From Alteromonas naphthalenivorans (GTDB taxonomy: Bacteria; Babelota; Babeliae; Babelales; CAIQNR01): DNA of 23,967 bases. Shown here in pieces: positions 1-9,967 of the stretch. The notes below the pieces were generated by a model that saw only the letters and a list, made by a program, of their open reading frames with translations, did no database searches and was not told where the DNA came from. Made by a program: the position numbers and the translations under genes. Positions within the stretch are counted from its first letter, which is position 1, and each line of letters opens with the position of its first letter. The DNA lies in the NCBI GenBank assembly GCA_047631715.1, contig JBLICC010000006.1:1-23967 (forward strand). The letters are read 5' to 3'.

Positions 1-713
1 ACACCAACTAAAAGAATCAAGAATAAATACCAGGAGAGCGCAGTCCAGTTGGTTACAGGAGAAACTCCTGTATACCAACCATCACAAAAAAATGCTGTAA
101 CAGTTGCGCCTATGCCACCACCCAACATAGCAACACCATTAATAAGCCATGGCGAATACTTTTTATCATTCATTAATTGTTTAATAGGAATCCAACTATA
201 AGCATAACAAGCCACAGATAGAATAGTTATAATTTCTGGCAAATTAAGAAAGGAAAAACTTTTAAATGTTTCCTCGGTACTCGTTGTTGCAATAAGTATA
301 GGGATGAAACCGACTAGACCAATCATTAACCCAATAATTTTTTTGTTAGAAAAAATTTCTTTTTCATAAATATGCGTAAAAAGTGCAGTAAAAAATGGTG
401 CTAGAACAAAAAGAAAGGCACTTTTGGCAACTGATAAATATTGCAATGCCCAAAGCTCAGGAACATAGGTTAGATAAATACCAAAAAAACTTGCTTTAAA
501 AAACAGCCGGTAATCAACAAATGTAAGCGTAAATCGCCCTTTGTGCTGAATAGCAAAGCATACTAAAAAAAAGAGCCCCGACAGTACCATTCTTAAAGCA
601 ATAAAGGTTGTAGATGGAGCATACAACATGCCCATCTTACTTAGACTAAAAGAAAGAGGGAACACCATATATAAAATAATTAATGGAATAACTCCAAATT
701 TCTTTAAATTCAT
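1..713 (-). CDS. EamA/DMT family transporter (3' end truncated by window edge)
   Basis: Not in the ORF track. Manual translation from ATG at 713 gives MNLKKFGVIPLIILYMVFPLSFSLSKMGMLYAPSTTFIALRM... and, near base 1, FCDGWYTGVSPVTNWTALSWYLFLILLVG. It is collinear with the 1805..2725 paralog. Confidence 0.9.
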   Translation of the reverse strand, partial: MNLKKFGVIPLIILYMVFPLSFSLSKMGMLYAPSTTFIALRMVLSGLFFLVCFAIQHKGRFTLTFVDYRLFFKASFFGIYLTYVPELWALQYLSVAKSAFLFVLAPFFTALFTHIYEKEIFSNKKIIGLMIGLVGFIPILIATTSTEETFKSFSFLNLPEIITILSVACYAYSWIPIKQLMNDKKYSPWLINGVAMLGGGIGATVTAFFCDGWYTGVSPVTNWTALSWYLFLILLVG

Positions 714-718
714 TTTTT

Positions 719-1636
719 TCATTCTACCTTTAGCTCATCTTGATAAAAGATATATAATCCAATTGATACAATACCCAAAGACGGTATTTGAATAAGAGAC
801 AGAGGCTCACCGAGAAGTAAATACCCATAAATAGAAGCAACAAATGGCTCTATTAAACAAAAAAATGCAACCAATGTAGCTGAAAATTTTTTCAATAAAA
901 GTGAATGTAATGTAAAACACAAGGCTCCCACACAAGCTACAAGAAAAGAATATCCTATAAATGGTTGTAACTGAGTAATGGGAAAAATTCCTGTATACCA
1001 ACCATCATAAAAGAACGCTGTAATGATAGTTGCCAGAGAAGCTCCTATCATAGTAATACCATTTATTGTCCATAGAGAGTGCCGTGTTTCGACTAAAAGT
1101 CGTTTAACAATAACCCAATTATAAGCATAACATGCAACACCTATAATAAGTATAACCTCTGGAAGATTAAAAGCATAAAAACTTTCGAATCCAGATTCAG
1201 AAGCACTTTCTGCAATAACAACGGGAATAAATCCAAGAATACCAATACCAAGACTTAAGAGTTTTTTATAAGACAGTGTTTCGGTTCCACACATCTTAGA
1301 AAAAAAAGCTGTAAAAAATGGTGCAAGTAAAAAGAGAAAATAAACTTTACCAACAGTTAGATACTGTAAAGACCAAAAACAAGTAAGATAACGTATGTAT
1401 AAACCAAAAAAAGCACCTTGCAACAACAGTAATATATCCCATTTTTCTAATCTTACTTTTGATGTTTGAGTTAAATAATGCATTGTTACCATAAAAGAAC
1501 CGGTGAAAAGTAACAACAGTGCAACATACGTAGTAAAAGGCCCAGACAGCAGAGCAATCTTACCCAGGGCTCCTTGCAATGGATACATAATATATAATAA
1601 AAGAATCGGAGCAACACCTAATGATAAAATATCCAT
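719..1636 (-). CDS. EamA/DMT family transporter
   Basis: 305 aa with about 10 hydrophobic segments, LAPFFTAFFS and EPFVASIYGYLLLGE motifs typical of EamA repeats. Shares DGWYTG with both neighbours. Confidence 0.9.
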   Translation of the reverse strand: MDILSLGVAPILLLYIMYPLQGALGKIALLSGPFTTYVALLLLFTGSFMVTMHYLTQTSKVRLEKWDILLLLQGAFFGLYIRYLTCFWSLQYLTVGKVYFLFLLAPFFTAFFSKMCGTETLSYKKLLSLGIGILGFIPVVIAESASESGFESFYAFNLPEVILIIGVACYAYNWVIVKRLLVETRHSLWTINGITMIGASLATIITAFFYDGWYTGIFPITQLQPFIGYSFLVACVGALCFTLHSLLLKKFSATLVAFFCLIEPFVASIYGYLLLGEPLSLIQIPSLGIVSIGLYIFYQDELKVE

Positions 1637-1743
1637 TAAACCCTCTAATTTTTATACCTGCTTCATAAACTACCTTAAGAGTATCAACATCGCGTCTTAT
1701 AGGCATTTATGTCAAGAATTATTTAATTTAAGAATATAATTTC

Positions 1744-1792
1744 AAAAAAAAGAGCGAATGTTGTTTTTATAAAATTGACAAACAATATTCGC
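1744..1792 (-). terminator. Probable intrinsic terminator after EamA 1805..2725
   Basis: Inverted repeat gcgaatgttgttt (1754-1766) / aaacaatattcgc (1780-1792), with an A-run at 1744-1751 that gives a U-tail on the minus strand. Confidence 0.6.
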
Positions 1793-1804
1793 CCAAAATT
1801 ATAG

Positions 1805-2725
1805 TTATTTTTCTAAAGAAAGTTCTTCTTGATAAAAAAGATATAACCCAATAGATACTACAAAAATCGAAGGATAAAATGTCCAATGAACAACTTCATT
1901 TAAGAAAATCCAACCATAAAATGCACCAAAAAATGAACGTGTAAATCCAAAAAATGATATAAGGGTTGGAGAATATTGCTTGAGTAAATAGATGTATAAA
2001 ACAAAACAAGTTATAGCAACACTCATAAGCAAGAAAACATACCATAAAAGAGGACCCCATGCTGTCACAGGAGAAACTCCAGTATACCAACCATCATAAA
2101 AGAAAGATGTTGCAAGAGCTGCAAGACCACCTTCTATCATAGAAAAACCACTTACAAACCAAGGCGAATATTCTGCTTGATTGGTAAGCCGTTTAATAAC
2201 AATCCAACTATAAGCATAGCACCCTACTGCAAATATTAATGCTATTTCGGGTAGATCAAAACTAAAGAAAGACAAAGTATCTTTAGCTTCACCAGTCTTA
2301 GAAAGCAATACTGGAATAAAACCAGCAAAACCAATAGCTAAACCTAGTAATTTTTTATAAGTAAATTTTTCTAATCCATGTAATCGAGAAAAAAGTGCAG
2401 TAAAGAATGGAGCTAATACAAAAATAAATGCCACTTTACCCACTGGCAAATACTGTAATGCCCAAAATTCAGGAATAAAAGTCAGGAAAATACCAAAGAA
2501 TCCAGCTTGCAACAAGAGACTTAGATCTTTTCTTTCAATTGATTTTTTATTGCTTGAGGTAACGATATAAACACCCATAGAAACAAGACCGCAACTCAAA
2601 GCACGCAATGCAATGAAAAAACAAAATGGAGCATATTGCATGCCCACTTTACCGATACTAAAAATAAGCGGAAATATTGCATGCAAAAACAAAACTGGTG
2701 CAATGCCATATTTTTTAAAATCCAT
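1805..2725 (-). CDS. EamA/DMT family transporter
   Basis: 306 aa with about 10 TM segments, FIALR, LAPFFTALFS and YGWIFLNE motifs. Confidence 0.9.
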   Translation of the reverse strand: MDFKKYGIAPVLFLHAIFPLIFSIGKVGMQYAPFCFFIALRALSCGLVSMGVYIVTSSNKKSIERKDLSLLLQAGFFGIFLTFIPEFWALQYLPVGKVAFIFVLAPFFTALFSRLHGLEKFTYKKLLGLAIGFAGFIPVLLSKTGEAKDTLSFFSFDLPEIALIFAVGCYAYSWIVIKRLTNQAEYSPWFVSGFSMIEGGLAALATSFFYDGWYTGVSPVTAWGPLLWYVFLLMSVAITCFVLYIYLLKQYSPTLISFFGFTRSFFGAFYGWIFLNEVVHWTFYPSIFVVSIGLYLFYQEELSLEK

Positions 2726-2748
2726 ATTAAAATCCCTAAATTATATAT

Positions 2749-2795
2749 AAAAAAAGCGGATACTGTTTCTATAAAATTACAAACAATATCCGCTT
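2749..2795 (-). terminator. Probable intrinsic terminator after rny
   Basis: aagcggatactgttt (2754-2768) / aaacaatatccgctt (2781-2795) with an A-run on its left, 12 nt past the rny stop. Confidence 0.65.
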
Positions 2796-2807
2796 AGTAA
2801 TTATCTT

Positions 2808-4364
2808 CTATCTTGCATACTCAATAGCACGCTTTTCTCGAATAACATTAACCCGAATTTGGCCCGGGAAATTCATTTCTTCTTCTATTTTCTTTGCAAT
2901 GTCGCGCGCAAGAACAAGCGCTTTATCATCATCAAGAACATCTTCCTCAACAATGATACGTATTTCTCGACCCGCTTGTAATGCATAAGCTTTTTTAACA
3001 CCGTTAAACGTATTAGCTATTTCTTCGAGCTTTTCTAGTCGTTTAACATAAGCAGTTAATGTTTCTCTACGAGCACCCGGACGCGATGCAGAAATAGTAT
3101 CTGCTATCACAACCAATGCTGCATAAATAGACATAAACGGAACTTCTTCGTGATGAGCCGCAATTGCATTAACAATTTCTGGAGCTTCTCCACAGCGCTT
3201 TGCGATGTCTCCACCAATAATTGCATGTGGACCTTCGATTTCTGCTGTTACTGCTTTTCCAATATCATGGAGTAAACCAGCACGCAATGCCATTTGCCCA
3301 TCAAGTCCAAGCTCTTCTGCAAGCATACGAGCAAAATTACCAACCTCTAAACTATGATCTAAAACATTTTGAGAGAAACTAGTACGAAAACGTAATTTAC
3401 CAAGTAATGTTACGATATCTGGATGCACACCTTGCAGATTGCATTCGAGCACCGCATTCTTACCATATTCTTCTATAATTTCTTCGAGCTCTTTTTCACA
3501 TAATGAAACAGTTTCTTCGATACGCGTTGGGTTAATTCTACCGTCCGTAATCAGTCTTTCTAATGCACGCTTAGCAATCTCTCTTCTGATAGGATTAAAA
3601 CCAGAAACAGTAATAATTTCTGGTGCATCACCAATTACAAACTCCATACCAGTAGCCATTTCAAGAGACTTTATGTTTCGCCCCTCTTTACCAATGATAC
3701 GGCCCTTCATTTCTTCGTTAGGCAAATGAACTACACTCGAAGAATGGGGGGTTACTTGATCAACCGTATAACGCTGCATCGCTGACACAACAATTTGTGT
3801 TGCTTTATCTTTAGCTGTTTGACGCGACTCTTCTTCAACTTTTTGAATCCATTTTTGATTAGTAAGCTCTACTTCTGCTTGCAATGTATTAGATAGCTCT
3901 CGCTTTGCTTGATCTTTACTGTATCCACTAATGTTTTCTAACTTACTTATAAGTTCAGTATAAAGCGATTTAAGTTTTTCTTCATTGGTATACATCACTT
4001 CGCTCATACGAGACAGCTTACGTTCTTGTTGCTGTGCTTCTCGTTTAAGTTCATCAAGCTGAGATTCTTTTTTTTCAAGTGTATCGTATTTAACACTAAC
4101 TTTATTTTGATGACGTTCTAATTCAAGTCGATCACGCTTAACTTCGAGCTCAAATTCACTTCTTCTTCTGTAAATTTCATCTTTTACTTTAAGAAGAGCT
4201 TCTTTTCGCTCTGTTTCGATTTCGCGCTTTAACGTATGCCAACGATTTTTTGATTGTGACATACTTACTTGCGATTCTTGCATTCGTTTTCGTGCATAAA
4301 AAAGCATTATTGCCGCAACAATAATACCAATAATGCCTGCCGATTCTATTAATAATGTAATCAT
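2808..4364 (-). CDS. rny: Ribonuclease Y
   Basis: N-terminal TM helix, coiled coil, KH motif MKGRIIGKEGRNI, HD motif GLLHDIGK, and SASRPGARRE. Confidence 0.97.
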   Translation of the reverse strand: MITLLIESAGIIGIIVAAIMLFYARKRMQESQVSMSQSKNRWHTLKREIETERKEALLKVKDEIYRRRSEFELEVKRDRLELERHQNKVSVKYDTLEKKESQLDELKREAQQQERKLSRMSEVMYTNEEKLKSLYTELISKLENISGYSKDQAKRELSNTLQAEVELTNQKWIQKVEEESRQTAKDKATQIVVSAMQRYTVDQVTPHSSSVVHLPNEEMKGRIIGKEGRNIKSLEMATGMEFVIGDAPEIITVSGFNPIRREIAKRALERLITDGRINPTRIEETVSLCEKELEEIIEEYGKNAVLECNLQGVHPDIVTLLGKLRFRTSFSQNVLDHSLEVGNFARMLAEELGLDGQMALRAGLLHDIGKAVTAEIEGPHAIIGGDIAKRCGEAPEIVNAIAAHHEEVPFMSIYAALVVIADTISASRPGARRETLTAYVKRLEKLEEIANTFNGVKKAYALQAGREIRIIVEEDVLDDDKALVLARDIAKKIEEEMNFPGQIRVNVIREKRAIEYAR

Positions 4365-4466
4365 GGACCTCTTTCTATAACCAACATTTTACATCAAATT
4401 GTTACCCACTCTCCCGCAAAGAAAAAATACGGTCAACATGAACACTTAGAAAAGAAAAAAACAATA

Positions 4467-4754
4467 CTAAGATAAAGAAGAAAGAAGATGCGATTCGCGC
4501 TCTATTCTTTCTACAAGACGCTGTTTTTCTGCATCCTGTTGCTGCTGTTTTTCTTCGAGCTTAAGTAGATTACTCGCTAACTGCAAAGCAGATAAAACTG
4601 CCGCCTTAACATTTTCATCAACTCCGGCTCTTAGAATATTTCGTACCGATTCATCAACTCGCGCTGCTGCTCTATGCAAATGTTCTTCTGATTCATCGGT
4701 CACAAACGAATACTCAGCATCGTTAATAGTAACTTGAACTTTTGTCTTACTCAT
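4467..4754 (-). CDS. zapA: Cell division protein ZapA
   Basis: 95 aa, VQVTINDAEYSF...AAARVD...AAVLSALQLA followed by a coiled coil. Lies upstream of rny, a common gene context. Confidence 0.85.
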   Translation of the reverse strand: MSKTKVQVTINDAEYSFVTDESEEHLHRAAARVDESVRNILRAGVDENVKAAVLSALQLASNLLKLEEKQQQQDAEKQRLVERIERESHLLSSLS

Positions 4755-4756
4755 AT

Positions 4757-5008
4757 TTACCCTCCGCTTTCTATGAGCTCGTCAATACTTTTGATCAAAT
4801 TATCAACTGCTTGCTTTGTTGTTTCTCGTTCTTGTGTAAGCTCTTTCTCAACTTGTTTTGCTTCTTTAAGCAAAGAACCTTCTAATTGCCGCACCTGATC
4901 CCTCAATTCATGGTTTTTGCTACCAAGACTTAAGTTCTCTTCTTTTAGGTGCCGAATTAATGTAATAAGATTCTCTACTTTTTGTTCTAATGCACTCAAC
5001 ATTTCCAT
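4757..5008 (-). CDS. zapB: ZapB-like coiled-coil cell division protein
   Basis: 83 aa all coiled coil (LSALEQKVENLITLIRHLKEEN), directly upstream of zapA, with a GGGGAGAG SD. Confidence 0.65.
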   Translation of the reverse strand: MEMLSALEQKVENLITLIRHLKEENLSLGSKNHELRDQVRQLEGSLLKEAKQVEKELTQERETTKQAVDNLIKSIDELIESGG

Positions 5009-5070
5009 ACTTCTCTCCCCTTTTTAAACTCATATTATTTTCAGAGTTTACCGAGGATCAACTTTTTTTG

Positions 5071-5427
5071 TCAAGATTGAGCTTGTTTTGCAATATCAAC
5101 AATCTTTTCAAATCCCTTAGGTTCAAAAATTGCGAGCTGACTCAACATCTTTCTGTTTAAGTCTACTTTTGCAAGTTTAAGACCATGAATCAAACGGCTA
5201 TAAGATAGACCCAACGATGTTGATCCAGCCTTGATTCGTGTAATAAAAAGAGAACGGGTATCTCTTTTTTTAAGCTTTCTACCTACAAAAGCAAATGCCA
5301 TTGCACGAAGCAATGTTTCTTTTGCTCTTTTAAAAATATTACTTCTTTGTCCCCAAAAACCTTTTGCTTTTTTTATAAGTCTTTTGTGACGTTTTTTTGT
5401 TACCGTACCGCGTTTTACTCTTGACAT
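5071..5427 (-). CDS. rplT: 50S ribosomal protein L20
   Basis: MSRVKRGTVTKKRHKR...AKGFWG...LNRKMLSQLAI. Confidence 0.98.
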   Translation of the reverse strand: MSRVKRGTVTKKRHKRLIKKAKGFWGQRSNIFKRAKETLLRAMAFAFVGRKLKKRDTRSLFITRIKAGSTSLGLSYSRLIHGLKLAKVDLNRKMLSQLAIFEPKGFEKIVDIAKQAQS

Positions 5428-5441
5428 ATCTTACCTCGAAA

Positions 5442-5639
5442 TTACTTATTAGGAAGCAGGTTTTTTACTGCTTTCAGATCTGCTTTACAAATATAACTAC
5501 CTTTGCGTAAATTTCTTTTTCTTTTGCTCGTCTTCTTAGTTAGAATATGACGACGCAAAGAACAAGAACGCTTTATTTTTCCCTTACCAGTCTTTCTGAA
5601 GCGTTTTTTTGCTCCAGAATGTGTTTTTACTTTAGGCAT
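5442..5639 (-). CDS. rpmI: 50S ribosomal protein L35
   Basis: [24 protein letters not shown]...HILTKK. Confidence 0.98.
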   Translation of the reverse strand: MPKVKTHSGAKKRFRKTGKGKIKRSCSLRRHILTKKTSKRKRNLRKGSYICKADLKAVKNLLPNK

Positions 5640-5640
5640 A

Positions 5641-6213
5641 CTAAGCTTTCTTTATGTAATAAATCTTGGACCATGCTGGCCCTGCTTTCATTTCTTTTTC
5701 TTGTACAAGATTATCCAACAAGCCTTCTGCGGCCAGTGTATCTTGTATTCTTTGGAACAAAGCTGTTCCACGCTCATATCGCGTTGCCATCTCACGCCCT
5801 CTAAAGAAAAGCGTAAACTTCACTCGCTTACCACTTCTTAAAAAAGAAAATGCTTGATTCATCTTTGTTTTATAATCGTGCTCTCCAATTTTTGGACGAA
5901 TTTTCACTTCCTTAATCTGAATGACTGTTTGTGTCTTTTTAGCTTCCGCTTGTTTTTTCTTACGATTATACAGCTCTTTGCCATAATCCATAATCTTTAC
6001 AATCGGCGCACCATTACCACCACCATCAGAAAGCATAACAAGATCAAGACCAACGCTTTGAGCGCGATCAAGCGCTTCGTCACGAGGAACTGCTCCCAAG
6101 TTTTCACCACTCTCCGTAATGAGCTGAACCTCACGAGCTCTAATAGCCTCGTTGATCGTAGCACCATTTCCAGATTTCTTGTCTTCTTGGGGGTTGTTTG
6201 AACCCTTTCTCAT
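5641..6213 (-). CDS. infC: Translation initiation factor IF-3
   Basis: [34 protein letters not shown] and FRGREM motifs; infC-rpmI-rplT order. Confidence 0.97.
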   Translation of the reverse strand: MRKGSNNPQEDKKSGNGATINEAIRAREVQLITESGENLGAVPRDEALDRAQSVGLDLVMLSDGGGNGAPIVKIMDYGKELYNRKKKQAEAKKTQTVIQIKEVKIRPKIGEHDYKTKMNQAFSFLRSGKRVKFTLFFRGREMATRYERGTALFQRIQDTLAAEGLLDNLVQEKEMKAGPAWSKIYYIKKA

Positions 6214-6232
6214 AATAACTCGTTTCCTAAAT

Positions 6233-7297
6233 TTATACGGTAGCTTTTACAGCTTCGTTCACTTTATTTCTAATATCCTCAGCAGTTTCTTTATTTTCTT
6301 TTAAGAAATGAAGCGCCTGCTCTCGTCCTTGTGCAACATTCTTATCTTCGTAAGCAAACCATGCACCTGATTGAGAAATAATATTATAAAAAATTGCAGC
6401 GTCTAAAAGATCTAGCTCTCGGCTAATACCTTCGTTAAACAATAAGTCTAACTCTACCCGTTTAAATGGTGGAGCAACCTTATTTTTTACAATTTTAACA
6501 GCAATTCTATTTCCAACATGTACTTCATTCTTACGCAATGCAGCAATACGACGAACATCTATACGCAATGAAGCGTAAAATTTTAATGCGTTACCACCAC
6601 TTGTTGTTTCTTTATTAGCAAACGGAAGGCTGTTAATCGTTTGACGAATTTGATTAATAAAAATCAAAATTGTCTTCGACTTGTGTACTACAGAGGTTAA
6701 TTTACGCAATGCCTGCGACATAAGACGCGCTTGCAAACCAACATGTACATCACCCATATCACCTTCCAGTTCTGCCTTAGGAACAAGCGCAGCAACGGAA
6801 TCTACTACAATAATGTCAACGGCACCAGAACGCACCAACATCTCTGCAATATCAAGAGCCTGTTCACCATAATCAGGTTGCGAGATGATTAAATCATCCA
6901 CATTAAGACCTAAATTCTTTGCGTGTTCAGGATCAAGTGCATGCTCAGCATCAATAAAGGCACAAATGCCACCTTGACGTTGAGACTGTGCAATTGCGTG
7001 CAATGCCAATGTTGTTTTACCCGATGCTTCTGGACCATATACTTCAATTATACGACCAACCGGCAATCCACCACCTAAAGCTCTATCTATTAAAATTGAG
7101 CCTGTTGAAATCTTTTTTACTTCTGAGTTAGGCGATTGCCCAAGCAACATAACTGCACCTTTTCCGTACTGTTTGTCGATTTGAGCAAAGGTCACTTCAA
7201 GTGCCTTTTGCTTAACTCCAGAATCCGCGTTTTTTACGGTTTCATCCAAAGTTTTTGGTATTTTTCTCGCTTTACCTGCAGTTGCTTTTGATTTCAT
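6233..7297 (-). CDS. recA: Recombinase RecA
   Basis: [11 protein letters not shown]alker [22 protein letters not shown] and [10 protein letters not shown]. Confidence 0.99.
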   Translation of the reverse strand: MKSKATAGKARKIPKTLDETVKNADSGVKQKALEVTFAQIDKQYGKGAVMLLGQSPNSEVKKISTGSILIDRALGGGLPVGRIIEVYGPEASGKTTLALHAIAQSQRQGGICAFIDAEHALDPEHAKNLGLNVDDLIISQPDYGEQALDIAEMLVRSGAVDIIVVDSVAALVPKAELEGDMGDVHVGLQARLMSQALRKLTSVVHKSKTILIFINQIRQTINSLPFANKETTSGGNALKFYASLRIDVRRIAALRKNEVHVGNRIAVKIVKNKVAPPFKRVELDLLFNEGISRELDLLDAAIFYNIISQSGAWFAYEDKNVAQGREQALHFLKENKETAEDIRNKVNEAVKATV

Positions 7298-9258
7298 AGG
7301 AGTACATCTTTCAATTGAGCCAATTCGTCATTGACTTTAATTGTAGCATTTCTGTACAAAGAAGCAATATAAGAAGCATCAAAACCTTGTCCAAATCGTT
7401 TAAATGCTTCTTTATGGAGCTTCTGTTTTTGTGCTTTATACAAAGTATCGTTGATTTTTTCGGTTTCATCGAGCTTAAGAACAATAGCGCCATCTTTATT
7501 TAAGCTCGACATAACAGCACCCTCCCAATCAAGATTCATAAATCCGTGCGGATACCCTTGTTTATCGATTAAATCTTTAATTTTCTGAGTATCTGTTGCC
7601 TGTAAAAATCCAGTTGAGCTTATTGTGCTTCCATCAACCTTAACTAGTTTGCCTGAGCTTAAACCTTGTGCTCGTGCTTTTTTCATTTGATCTTCGAGTA
7701 AAGAAGTCGCTTTTTGCTCAAAATAGTCTTCTTTAACTGTATCTTTTAAGCTCTCAAGTTTTGGCAATTTTTTAGCAATCTTTTTATCAAGTTGCAAAAT
7801 CATCCCTTTACCATCTTGCACAAACGACATTGACTGGCCATCTTTTTTAAGAATAAAGAGACGACGCCCAAATCCTTGATCTGCTCGCTCTACAGCTGCA
7901 ACAGATTCTTTTTTGCCATTATGTTCTTTAATAAAGCTTGCGAGCAATTCTTTGTCATTGCTCTTTACTGCACGATCAGCTTCTTTAGAAAAACGAGTTC
8001 TAAATTTTTGATCTTTTAACGATTTAATAATAGCATCTTTTACATGAGCAAGTGATTTATACGAAGCTTCTTTTCTTGCAACACGCTGCAAAATTACAAA
8101 ACTTCCATCTGCCATTTGCGTTACAGCAGATACGTCTCCATCAGTTTTAAGACGAACTACTGCTTTTTCGTACGATTTGTCTTTAGTTCCTCTTTTAAAG
8201 AACTCAACCAATCCACCTTTACTTGCTGTTGTTGTTTGCGAAACTTCTTTTGCTATTTCTGCAAATTTCTTAGGAGCTTCAACAACTCGTTTATGAACTG
8301 ATTCTGCTAGATCTTTAAGTGCCGAAACACCTTGATCCTTCAACTTATTGAATACAATTTCTCGTACTTTAAATTGTGCAGGAGCTTCAACATACTTATT
8401 ACGTTTATGATCGGTATAATATTTTTCAATTTCTTTTTCTGTAATTTTTATACCATACGTATCTGGTGCAAATGTCCACGTAACTCCAGAACGTTTTTCT
8501 GGAATCAAATAGCGTTGATTTTTTTTATTTTCTTTTTCATAAAATACATTCAATTGTGCCTCAGAAACACCTTTTGCTTTTTCTTTCTGCAATACAGAAC
8601 TTAATGTAAATGTTTGTATAGAAAACTTTTTAGAAGTATGTGCTTCTTTATATGATGCTTGTATCATAAATTGTGGCATATAAAAACAAGTTTTAATCAT
8701 CATAAGCGTAAAGTCTCTACGCAAATCATTGATCAATTTATCTTCTACTCCGCGCATTTGAGGAGTTTTCAAAACTTGCATTAATGCTTCTGCGTTAATG
8801 CCATATTTTTGATCAAACACATAGTGCGGTAACTGATGACCAATTTTATTAAAAATAAATTGTGGATCACCCAAACGCGCATCTAAGTATTCAGGCGCTA
8901 AATACAGCCCCATTTTATCTGCAGCTTCATCAATTAAAGCTTCTTTAACAACATTTTTTAAAGCAGCTTCTTGTGGATTAGAACTCATACCATTTAACTG
9001 CAACAGTATGTCTGCACTTTGTCCATACTGCTGTCTAATCATCGCAATCTGACGATCAGCATCTATAGTTGCTCGTTGAAATTTTCCTTGCGAAACATCG
9101 TATCCATTAATTTTTGCAATACCGTCCATGCCGTTGCCTAAAAAGCGCATGAGTAAACTAGAAATTCCAATACCACCTGTTAGTGCTATAAAAAGCCCTA
9201 TTAGAATACCTTTTCCAAATTTCCCCTGAAGTCCCTTACGTAGTTTCATAATGATCAT
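7294..9258 (-). CDS. PpiD-like membrane-anchored peptidyl-prolyl isomerase/chaperone (SurA N-terminal plus parvulin domain)
   Basis: 654 aa with an N-terminal [12 protein letters not shown]urA_N-like start, and parvulin-like [10 protein letters not shown]...SKGGLVEFF. Overlaps recA by ATGA. Confidence 0.8.
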   Translation of the reverse strand: MIIMKLRKGLQGKFGKGILIGLFIALTGGIGISSLLMRFLGNGMDGIAKINGYDVSQGKFQRATIDADRQIAMIRQQYGQSADILLQLNGMSSNPQEAALKNVVKEALIDEAADKMGLYLAPEYLDARLGDPQFIFNKIGHQLPHYVFDQKYGINAEALMQVLKTPQMRGVEDKLINDLRRDFTLMMIKTCFYMPQFMIQASYKEAHTSKKFSIQTFTLSSVLQKEKAKGVSEAQLNVFYEKENKKNQRYLIPEKRSGVTWTFAPDTYGIKITEKEIEKYYTDHKRNKYVEAPAQFKVREIVFNKLKDQGVSALKDLAESVHKRVVEAPKKFAEIAKEVSQTTTASKGGLVEFFKRGTKDKSYEKAVVRLKTDGDVSAVTQMADGSFVILQRVARKEASYKSLAHVKDAIIKSLKDQKFRTRFSKEADRAVKSNDKELLASFIKEHNGKKESVAAVERADQGFGRRLFILKKDGQSMSFVQDGKGMILQLDKKIAKKLPKLESLKDTVKEDYFEQKATSLLEDQMKKARAQGLSSGKLVKVDGSTISSTGFLQATDTQKIKDLIDKQGYPHGFMNLDWEGAVMSSLNKDGAIVLKLDETEKINDTLYKAQKQKLHKEAFKRFGQGFDASYIASLYRNATIKVNDELAQLKDVLL

Positions 9259-9962
9259 GAGAGTACAACCTTTCTCTTTTCAATAATTTTGATGTCCTTA
9301 ATACGTTCAACTATTCCAATTTGCCCAATGATACGTTCAAGCTCTTCACGATCATCAAACTCTCCTGTTACCGCTTGATACCATGCTATTGTCTTGCCCT
9401 TTGGAGTTTTGCTTACGCGGGTTTTTACCTTTACTCCAGGATCAAGTTTTTGCGCACGACGTGCAAAAGTACTTGCTGCATGTAGTGTACCAAACCCAGC
9501 CAATGGAGCAACAAATATCTTACCTATATCTTCTTTCTTTTCTTGTATTGACACTGTAGGTTGCGGCTTTGGAACTTCTGCTATTTTTATATTATTTTTT
9601 GTTTCTGCTTGAGCAAGCACTGGTAGCGATTGTGCAACAGTTTCTTCTTGAGACTTTTCTGTTTCTATTGTTCCATTTTCCGCATCAGGCGCTTCGAACT
9701 CACTTGCATCTCTATCATTCATAGTATATAAAGAATAACTTATTCGATCGGCAAACGATTCTTCTTCTACTTTATTAACAAAGCGTTCGATAGCTTTTCG
9801 TTGCCCCCAAAAGTAACCCGTGATAAAGGTTAAAAAACCAAACAATAATATAAATGAAAGAATCCAACTTGCTTGCCTATTGGGCACAAAGAGACCTGTT
9901 TCGTCTTCTCTTAATGTTGTTGCGGCAGCAGTAAGTTCCCCTAGTTTTTTCCATAACTTCAT
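9255..9962 (-). CDS. Single-TM membrane protein with probable C-terminal SPOR-like domain
   Basis: TM segment ILSFILLFGFLTFITGYFWG, low-complexity linker, and C-terminal LAGFGTLHAA...WYQAVTGEF resembling SPOR (QxGxF...WYRVxxGPF). Confidence 0.6.
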   Translation of the reverse strand: MKLWKKLGELTAAATTLREDETGLFVPNRQASWILSFILLFGFLTFITGYFWGQRKAIERFVNKVEEESFADRISYSLYTMNDRDASEFEAPDAENGTIETEKSQEETVAQSLPVLAQAETKNNIKIAEVPKPQPTVSIQEKKEDIGKIFVAPLAGFGTLHAASTFARRAQKLDPGVKVKTRVSKTPKGKTIAWYQAVTGEFDDREELERIIGQIGIVERIKDIKIIEKRKVVLS

Positions 9963-9967
9963 ACTCT

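Noticed and set aside
4365..4466. Possible 6S RNA downstream of zapA
   Set aside because: The gap is only about 100 nt with no long rod-like self-complementarity.
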